A stretch of 6,178 nucleotides of DNA, taken from positions 1 through 6,178 of the forward strand of contig NW_021829438.1 of the NCBI RefSeq assembly GCF_006345805.1, written 5' to 3'. Under the pieces are notes generated by a model that made no database searches, was not told the origin of the DNA, and was given only the letters and a program-made list of their open reading frames with translations. Both the position numbers and the translations under genes were made by a program. The stretch is from Octopus sinensis (taxonomy: Eukaryota). The stretch's first letter is position 1; every line of letters starts with the position of its first letter. This document shows, piece after piece, positions 1-6,178 of the stretch.

Positions 1-123
1 AAGTTGCAAACAACAAGGGTGATACATTATTGTTAATTAGTAGCTATTTTTATTAAACTTATAAAGAATTTAAATTTTTAAAAACGGCGGGAACTTAGTT
101 GCCAACCCAATATTGTATCACTT

Positions 124-159
<36 letters not shown>

Positions 160-186
160 GCCATCTATCAAACTATATATATATAT
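124..186. repeat. (TCTA)n then (TA)n microsatellite
   Basis: Directly visible tandem TCTA units at about 124-159 and a TA run at 174-186. Confidence 0.9.
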
Positions 187-210
187 ATACTAGCTACGGC
201 GGTACATATT

Positions 211-243
<33 letters not shown>

Positions 244-292
244 GGCCCCTGAGCAAGGATGACACGCAAATTCGTGAAGCGGTCCATATTTT
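187..292 (+). ncRNA. U6: U6 spliceosomal snRNA, full-length copy (probably a retroposed copy rather than the functional locus)
   Basis: Hand alignment to human U6 as recalled gives 97/106 identities without gaps. ACAGAGA box at 227-233, AGC triad at 239-241, 3' CCATATTTT ending at 292. Upstream is (TCTA)n/(TA)n with no recognisable PSE, and a LINE tail follows directly, which favours a retrocopy. Confidence 0.95.
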
Positions 293-370
293 CTAAATGG
301 CTGTGCCCCAGCATGGCCACAACTCGTGAGCTGAAACTAGATAAAATAAAAAAAAATAAAAAATTAAAAT
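187..370 (+). mobile_element. U6-LINE chimeric retroposon (U6 head, 49-nt LINE 3' tail, A-rich tail)
   Basis: 293-341 matches the reverse complement of 5710-5758 (LINE 3' UTR) at 44/49 nt, ungapped, followed by (TAAAA)n-like tail 342-370. No clear TSD; flanks are microsatellite. Confidence 0.85.
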
Positions 371-450
371 ATGTCTATCTATCTCTCTGTCTTTCTGTCT
401 GTCAATCTTTCTGTAAGTAAATAATATTTATCAGACGATAATAGACACAA

Positions 451-560
451 CATGGCCTGATGAAATGCTGGGGTTATGCAATAGGGCAAAATTACGTAAT
501 AGCATGTAACATTAAGCTTATTGAATAAATGAAAACGGCATTGAAATCTGTGTAACAATG
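451..560 (+). ncRNA. Degenerate type I hammerhead ribozyme-like motif (candidate)
   Basis: CTGATGA 457-463, stem II AATGCTG 464-470 pairing with CGGCATT 536-542 (7 bp, one G-U), GAAA 543-546, minimal stem III, GTA 552-554. Stem I (CATGGC 451-456 / ACAATG 555-560) pairs only 4/6. Confidence 0.35.
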
Positions 561-586
561 ATTTCAGTTGTCCATTCTTGTTTCTT

Positions 587-743
587 CATACAAATACATA
601 CAAACCAATATACATATATATATATGTGTGTATGTGTGTGTGTATATATACACACACATATAGATAGATGAATGAATGAATGGATGGATGGATGGATGGG
701 AGCAGGGAAATGCATGTATGCATATATATATATATATATATAT
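587..743. repeat. Compound microsatellite (TA)n/(TG)n/(TGAA)n/(TGGA)n
   Basis: Directly visible tandem units. Confidence 0.85.
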
Positions 744-1198
744 GGTATAAACGGAATAAGAACGCAATGGATGACAATGAAAACATACTGACAGAGAGAC
801 GATACAAAGACGGACAGGGAAACCCAGGACGAATCATTAGTGGTCTTCTGTTCATCAGTCAAGCTCCAATTATCATTTCAGTTTCAACATGTTACACTTG
901 AGACTGTTCAAAATTGGTAGGCCCCAAAAATCTAAGCTATGAACATTAAATTTTTGGAAGGAAGCTATCGAATGTGTACGGCAACACAGACAAAATACGA
1001 GAAAACGGAGAAAATGTTACACAATTAGAAATACAACATGAATAGCAACAGGTGTCTTTCGACTGATAAGTTAAGTTGAGCTGGCGTGTGGAGAGAAAGC
1101 CTTGAGTCAAAAATCATAGACAAGAAAATAAGGTGTTGTATGGACAGCGGTCAGGCCAAGAAAGTAAGATCATGTTTGGCCGAACACCGGTCACGTGA

Positions 1199-1345
1199 AG
1201 AAACAGAGAGAGGTAGAGACAGAGGGATAGAAAATCAGTGAAGGAGCTAGAGAAGGAGAGAGAGAGAGGAGAAGAGAGAGAGGGTGGAAGGGACAGAAGT
1301 ATATATATATATATATATACACATGTATATATATATATATACACT
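1199..1345. repeat. GA-rich low-complexity tract followed by (TA)n
   Basis: Purine-rich (GA)n at about 1199-1298 and (TA)n at 1300-1340. Confidence 0.8.
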
Positions 1346-1414
1346 ACAGCATAGATACATTTAAACACTAATTTATATTGAATACATTCCTTCTTTGGCA
1401 AATTTAAGTTGCTA

Positions 1415-1605
1415 TAGATATGTGTGTATACTTATACAGTACAATAAGCATACATGCAATATGTCCAACGCATATATGCATTCATATTTATATATTATGC
1501 ACGCATATGTTAGATGCACACATACATCCATACATATATGCATATATACATGCATCCATACATATATACGAACATATACATACATATACACATGAATGCG
1601 TACAT
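1415..1605. repeat. Degenerate (CATA)n/(TA)n microsatellite
   Basis: Alternating purine-pyrimidine CATA/TACA units with substitutions. Confidence 0.7.
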
Positions 1606-1831
1606 AATTCACTGCTCAGTGAAATAATTCCGAAGAAAGAATTGCCAAGTAAACCAATCCAATCTGTTTCTAAGGAACGGTAGAAACACATCTTAACTTT
1701 ACAATGTTCTCTGAAAATATAAAAGAAAATTTAGAATTTAAGAACAAGTACGGCTACGCCATCAATGTAAAACACAAGAGAAGTGTTTTTCAAATATTTA
1801 CTTATATCTTTTCATACAGAATAGGAATATA

Positions 1832-2107
1832 CCATGCGCGTGTGTATATTCACACGCACATACACACACACACACCACCACGCACGCACACATACATATA
1901 TATGTGGATATATATATATATAATATCTATAATATATAATATATATATATATAATAAATAATATATATATATAATATATATTATATACTATATATATATA
2001 TACGTGTGTATACGTGTGTATAATTTTCCATGCATACATATATGTATGTGTATACATATATATATATATATATATACGTATGTATATACGCATATATCTA
2101 TATACGC

Positions 2108-2153
<46 letters not shown>

Positions 2154-2557
2154 GTATATATACATATACATAATACAAATATATACATATATATAGGCAT
2201 ATACTTATGTACATATATACATGTATATATGTGTATATAGGTATATAGTTGCATGTTTTATATATACATATTTTATACGCACATATATATACACACACAC
2301 ATACATATGAATATGTAAATGTATATACGTATATTATATACACATGTACTCATATGAATTCACAGATATATGACGACTCACTAGCTCACACAGATACACA
2401 CACAAATAAATATACAAATACATATATATACATATATATATATATACATATATATATATTATATATGTATATGTATATATATATATACATATATATATAT
2501 TATATATATATATGTATATATGTGTGTATATATATATATGTATATATATATATATGC

Positions 2558-2588
<31 letters not shown>

Positions 2589-2665
2589 CGTACATACATA
2601 TATACATACGTACATACATATATACATACGTACATACATATATACATACGTACATACATATATAA
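1832..2665. repeat. Long compound (TA)n/(CA)n/(TACA)n microsatellite tract
   Basis: About 830 nt of near-continuous alternating purine-pyrimidine repeats. It explains the YI/HT/CV-rich ORFs on both strands. Includes four copies of a 20-nt unit at 2586-2664. Confidence 0.95.
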
Positions 2666-2842
2666 ACACTTGAATCTCCTTCAGGCATTGAAAACAATTT
2701 TTCTAGTCTATTTTGCGAAGCTTATCAACTTCGGCTTTCGATTATACCTTTCACATTATGTTGCTTTTACAACTCAATTACAAGAAAGGAATAGGGAACA
2801 TGTGATTCCTCTATACACACCTTATACTCTCTCTTCATTCTG

Positions 2843-2844
<2 letters not shown>

Positions 2845-2890
<46 letters not shown>

Positions 2891-3082
2891 CTCTCTGTGC
2901 CTTACATATAAGCATGCATATACATTCATATAAATACATAAATACATGCATAACATACAAACATATATAAACATATAAACATGTATATATATATGTATAT
3001 ATATATATATACATATAAATATATATATGCATATGTATGTATATATATATATATATACATGCATATCTATGTATATACATGA

Positions 3083-3113
<31 letters not shown>

Positions 3114-3160
3114 ATATATATATATATATATACAGACATATATGCATACGTAGATAGATT
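2845..3160. repeat. (TC)n followed by (TA)n/(TACA)n microsatellite
   Basis: (TC)n at about 2845-2897 and TA/CATA-rich sequence at 2903-3150. Confidence 0.9.
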
Positions 3161-3171
3161 GATATCTTTAT

Positions 3172-3550
3172 GAGTGGCTGTGTCGTAAGGCGCTTGCTTA
3201 CCAACTACAAGGTTCCTGGTTCAGTCCCACTGCGTGGCACCTTGGGCAAGTGTCTTCTACTACAGCCTCGGGCCGACTAAATCCTTATGTGTGGATTTGG
3301 TAGACGCAAACTGAAAGAAGCGTGTCGTATATATGTATATATATGTATATGTGTGTATATGTTTGTGTGTCTGTGTTTGTCCTCCAACATCGCTTGACAA
3401 CCGATGCTGGTCTTTTTACGTCCCCGTAACTTAGGCCGAAAGAATATGTACTCCGCTTACAAAAAAATAAGTCCTGGGGTCGATTTGCTCGACTTAAGGC
3501 GGTGCTCCAGTATGGCCGCAGTAAAATGACTGAAACAAGTAAGTAAAAAG
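3172..3550 (+). mobile_element. tRNA-derived SINE, family A (octopus OK/OR-like), lacking about 7 nt at the 5' end
   Basis: A-box-like TGGCTGTGTCG 3175-3185, B-box-like GGTTCAGTCCC 3218-3228, internal (TA/TG)n tract, LINE-type tail GGCGGTGCTCCAGTATGGCCGCAG...CTGAAAC 3498-3536. Colinear with the reverse complement of 4687-5096 except for a 16-nt deletion after 3434. The exact family name is not verified. Confidence 0.9.
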
Positions 3551-3663
3551 TGTATGTATGTCTCTTCTGTGTTTAATCATTTGAATTCTTCCTCTGTAGA
3601 AGGAGCTGGTTTCTAACAATGATACAAAGCTCCATCTTTGAAATGTAGATAACTAAAACAATG

Positions 3664-4119
3664 TCACATTTTCAACTTGAGAAAAGTCTTGCATAGTTTT
3701 ATTGTTCCCCTTACAGGTTGTATTTATAACGTGCGAATCAGTTAGTTGATTTTTTCTGAAAATCCAAGCTTATTCAGACTCACAGTTAGGTATTTACTTA
3801 CAAAACTAAGTGCTCCGATTATTGTTGGTATAAATGTAAATTTGTTATCGAGATATAGAAGCTAGCGGTTTCGAAGCTGTTGTCAATAATTATCTTTTTC
3901 TCTTTCATTTTTAAAGAGATAATCACATCAGCAGGCCAGCTGACATCTATGACGGTACATACTTTTTTTGTATGTCCCAAAAATAATATCCTGCCTGACA
4001 GATGTTTTGATAGGAATGTTCCACCAGTATTCCTTGTGCTGGTATTTGTGCACGAATTCAATTACCGGGAGGGTCTCTATACTTATTCCAGGACAGTCTT
4101 TTTTTCCGGACGGTATTTT
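3664..4119 (-). pseudogene. R4-like ORF remnant: restriction-like endonuclease domain and C-terminus
   Basis: Parts of track ORFs 3928..4179 (KKDCP...EYWWNIPIKTSVRQDII) and 3819..4061 (KKVCTVIDVSWPADV), then FIPTIIGAL and GTIKLCKTFLKLKM* with stop at 3664-3666. Several frameshifts. Confidence 0.8.
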
Positions 4120-4135
4120 TTCCGAACGGAATGAA

Positions 4136-4365
4136 GGCGGTGGGCTGGCAGAAACGTTAGCACGCCGGACGAAATGCATAGCGGTATTTCGTCTGCGTTA
4201 CGTTGTGAGTTCAAATTCCGCCGAGGTCGACTTTGCCTTTCATCCTTTCGGGGTCGATAAATTAAGTACCAGTTACGCACTGGGGTCGATGTAATCGACT
4301 TAATACCTATGTCTGTCCTTGTTTGTCCCCTCTGTGTTTAGCCCCTTGTGGGTAATAAAGAAATA
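4136..4365 (+). mobile_element. tRNA-derived SINE, family B, with a Meta/Sauria-like central domain
   Basis: A-box-like TGGCAGAAACG 4146-4156, B-box GAGTTCAAATTCC 4207-4219, core GACTTTGCCTTTCATCCTTTCGGGGTCGATAAATTAAGTACC 4229-4270 resembling the MetaSINE/Sauria SINE core as recalled, A-rich end. TSD GGTATTTT at 4112-4119 and 4366-4373. Confidence 0.85.
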
Positions 4366-4686
4366 GGTATTTTATATTCTTTTTGTGACTGCATCATGTC
4401 GCATAGGGCGGTAGTACTTTGATGACATTTTTGGGCAGCTGCTAATCACATGTATGATGTTTTCACAGAAATTGTCAATCTATATTTGCGGTCGCATCTT
4501 GGAACTCCAAAGGCTTCTCTGTCGCTTTTATTGATTAAGGGATTTAGTGGCAATCTTTTCTTCTTGGATTGCAAATGCATAACCTTCGAAGTGTGATGTG
4601 ATGTAGCGGTTATGAGTTCAAGAGAGGCTTCTCGTCATTCCAATGTTATCATCTTCTTCAAGTCTACGAGAAACATACCCATGCAT
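4366..4686 (-). pseudogene. R4-like ORF remnant: linker, degraded CCHC zinc knuckle and RHD motif
   Basis: MHGYVSRRLEE...ITSHFEGYAFAIQEEKIATK, then CDRKYRL..IIHVISSCPKMSSKYYRPMRHDAVTKRI (RHD codons at 4393-4401). Contains stops and frameshifts. Confidence 0.8.
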
Positions 4687-5096
4687 ACTCTTTTACTCTT
4701 TTACTTGTTTCAGTCATTTGACTGCGGCCATGCTGGAGCACCGCCTTTAGTCGAGCAAATCGACCCCAGGACTTATTCTTTGTAAGCCCAGTACTTATTC
4801 TATCGGTCTCTTTTGCCGAACCGCTAAGTGACGGGGACGTAAACACACCAGCATCGGTTGTCAAGCAATACTAGGGGGACAACACAGACACACAAACATA
4901 TATACACACACTTATATATATATATATAATATATAGACAGGCTTCTTTCAGTTTCCGTCTACCAAATCCACTCACAAGGCATGGTCGGCCCGGGGCTATA
5001 GCAGAAGACACTTGCCCAAGATGCCACGCAGTGGGACTGAACCCGGAACCAAGTGGTTGGTTAGCAAGCTACTTACCACACAGCCACTCCTGCGCC
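4687..5096 (-). mobile_element. tRNA-derived SINE, family A, full length
   Basis: Starts GGCGCAGGAGTGGCTGTGTGG, A box 5076-5086, B box 5033-5043, internal microsatellite about 4885-4935, LINE-type tail 4705-4750, (GTAAAAGA)n end. Flanking direct repeat CCATGCAT at 4679-4686 and 5095-5102 (CC overlaps the SINE's first GG). Removing it restores KMTMHGYVSRR in the R4 frame. Confidence 0.93.
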
Positions 5097-5383
5097 ATGC
5101 ATGGTCATTTTTTTTTTCGAAATGTTGAGAGTTTCACTTCCGGGTCTTCTTTGAGGTATGCTTGTCCGACGGAATTGTTGTTGTAAAGGGAGGGGGGTCA
5201 TCAGGAAGTGAGTACTTCCTGAGAAACTCACTTCCAACACGTAGGATATTATTTCCTGCACTTTTCAGCACAAAGCAAATATACTGTATCTATTTTTCCT
5301 GCTGTTTTTTAAGCAAATGCTGTCTGAGATAGACTATGGGCCATTCAGAGTCTGCACTGACCTCAAGCCCCTAACTCCTTATT
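5097..5383 (-). pseudogene. R4-like ORF remnant: post-RT thumb/linker region
   Basis: GVRGLRSVQT (GGRGL-like) near 5350-5379, IVYLRQHLLK, NNILRVGSEFLRKYSLPDDP, KMTMH joining the segment on the far side of the SINE. Frameshifted. Confidence 0.7.
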
Positions 5384-5432
5384 TGTATGTATGTATGTAT
5401 GTATGCATGCATGCATGCATGTATGTATGTAA

Positions 5433-5463
<31 letters not shown>

Positions 5464-5499
5464 TGTATGTATGTATGTATGTATGTATGTGTGTATGTA
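5384..5499. repeat. (TATG)n microsatellite
   Basis: Near-perfect TATG array with CATG variants. Confidence 0.95.
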
Positions 5500-5632
5500 G
5501 TTTTTCTCTTTTCAATTTAAAAGAAGATTTGACCGGCTACCGACTTGGTAGCAAGGTTGTGAAGGAAAGCATCTTCTTTTGTTCATCATCCTTTGATTGT
5601 TAAGGTCTTGCAGATTTTTTATGATTCCACGC
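5500..5632 (-). mobile_element. Short 3' fragment of a second R4-like element (last codons and 3' UTR)
   Basis: 5602-5630 aligns with 3683-3710 at about 22/29 nt and translates (one 1-nt indel) to RGIIKICKTLTIKG*, versus RGTIKLCKTFLKLKM*. The 3' UTR has a GCTACC/GGTAGC hairpin and ends AAAAGAGAAAAA. Evidence is short. Confidence 0.5.
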
Positions 5633-5665
<33 letters not shown>

Positions 5666-5682
5666 TGTATGTATGTATGTAT
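5633..5682. repeat. (TATG)n microsatellite
   Basis: Perfect TATG array. Confidence 0.95.
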
Positions 5683-6145
5683 GATTGATTTGATTTTGAT
5701 TTTGATTTTTCCAGTTTCAGCTCACGAGCTGTGGCCATGCTGGGGCACCACCATTTGGTTTTCTACATGATTTTTACCCTACGAATGCTTTTTAGCAACT
5801 GCCATTTGGTGCATGAGAGAGTTCGATGCAGCTGCCCTCATCTGCACCTCCTGCCGTGAAGTTGGTTCATCCGGGGCACCTGACAGGAAGAGATCCAGTC
5901 CTACTTTAAAGACATCCACATCTCACCATGCAGGTCCCTCAGGTCTTCGGGAGGATATTGAACACTCTGGGCCTCTGAAGCCCAGGAATCACAGTATCTT
6001 GTCCTACATCTTGATGGCAAATTTGGAGTCCTTGGTACCACGCAGTGCACCCGGTTCTGGCATTTGTGTGACTCTCGATGCCAAAGTTTGAGACAAGTCC
6101 TTCCAGGATCTTCCAGAGTAAATTATGGCATATCTTTCTCGCCTA
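5683..6145 (-). mobile_element. 5'-truncated LINE 3' end, CR1-like (ORF2 C-terminus, short 3' UTR, (AAAATC)n tail)
   Basis: Minus-strand translation with frameshifts: RRERYAIIY.WKILEGLVSNFGI...LGFRGP..FNILP.DLRDLHG.DVDVFKVGLDLFLSGAPDEP...RAAASNSLMHQMAVAKKHS* (stop 5779-5781), typical of invertebrate CR1-group ORF2 ends. 3' UTR about 70 nt, tandem tail 5683-5710. Clade assignment needs the RT domain. Confidence 0.88.
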
Positions 6146-6178
6146 AGATTTCTAGTGCTGCTTTCGGGAACTCGGGGA

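Larger units (their letters stand above)
3562..5383 (-). mobile_element. Decayed, 5'-truncated R4/Dong-like non-LTR retrotransposon (RLE type), interrupted by two SINEs
   Basis: Manual minus-strand translation across frameshifts and stops gives, in order: GVRGLRSVQT, KMTMHGYVSRRLEEDDNIGMTRSLS*THNRYITSHFEGYAFAIQEEKIATK, IIHVISSCPKMSSKYYRPMRHDAV, EYWWNIPIKTSVRQDII, KKVCTVIDVSWPAD, KFTFIPTIIGAL, RGTIKLCKTFLKLKM*. This is the GGRGL / HG / AIQ / zinc knuckle / RHD / PD..D / IGALG motif order of R4-clade C-termini. Confidence 0.85.

Noticed and set aside
187-292. Site-specific insertion into a U6 gene (Dada-type transposon)
   Set aside because: U6 is uninterrupted, and the adjoining sequence is a retroelement 3' tail, not a DNA transposon end.
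99-296. 65-aa ORF ending KIGTIQRRLAWPLSKDDTQIREAVHIF
   Set aside because: Spurious translation of a microsatellite plus U6 snRNA.
1608-1688. Two short inverted repeats (TTCACTG/CAGTGAA 1608-1623; TGTTTCTA/TAGAAACA 1665-1688)
   Set aside because: 7-8 bp stems are expected by chance in AT-rich DNA, and there is no supporting context.
518-3139. Many overlapping Y/I/H/T/C/V-rich or ER/LS-rich ORFs on both strands
   Set aside because: Microsatellites lack stop codons in several frames; there is no protein-like complexity.
3172-3235. tRNA gene at the SINE heads (also 4136-4225 and 5025-5096)
   Set aside because: A/B boxes are present, but there is no convincing cloverleaf and each continues into a SINE body and tail.
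3968-4294. 108-aa + strand ORF and overlapping ORFs 3880..4134 and 4083..4280
   Set aside because: Antisense to the R4 remnant and/or running through a SINE; no coherent protein.
5135-5235. Cluster of ETS-like GGAAGT motifs, alternative hairpins (5201-5222; 5204-5213/5226-5235) and GT donor-like sites
   Set aside because: Lies within the R4-like coding remnant on the minus strand. Nothing else supports a promoter or exon, though exaptation cannot be excluded.
293-5758. 49-bp inverted repeats (293-341 and 5710-5758) bracketing 5.4 kb, resembling transposon TIRs
   Set aside because: Both are LINE 3' tails pointing inward, with their own simple-repeat tails and unrelated heads. No transposase or TSD.
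5813-6091. 92-aa + strand ORF
   Set aside because: Antisense shadow of the LINE ORF2 C-terminus.

Overview
Repeat-rich, non-genic eukaryotic DNA. The SINE types and the density of (TA)n/(TACA)n microsatellites suggest an octopus-like (coleoid cephalopod) genome; this is recognition from memory, not a search result. No intact protein-coding gene is supported, and most ORFs in the track are microsatellite read-throughs. Contents: (1) a full-length U6 snRNA copy (187-292) fused directly to a 49-nt LINE 3' tail and an A-rich tail; (2) a 5'-truncated CR1-like LINE 3' end (5683-6145, minus) whose tail matches the U6 tail at 44/49 nt; (3) a decayed R4/Dong-like RLE non-LTR retrotransposon (about 3562-5383, minus) interrupted by two SINEs with target-site duplications, plus a short 3' fragment of a second related element (5500-5632), both bounded by (TACA)n; (4) three tRNA-derived SINEs of two families, two forming an inverted pair and carrying a relative of the same LINE tail; (5) a degenerate type I hammerhead-like motif (451-560). 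The most interesting candidate is a U6-headed, LINE-tailed retroposon, either a one-off chimera or a U6-derived SINE family.
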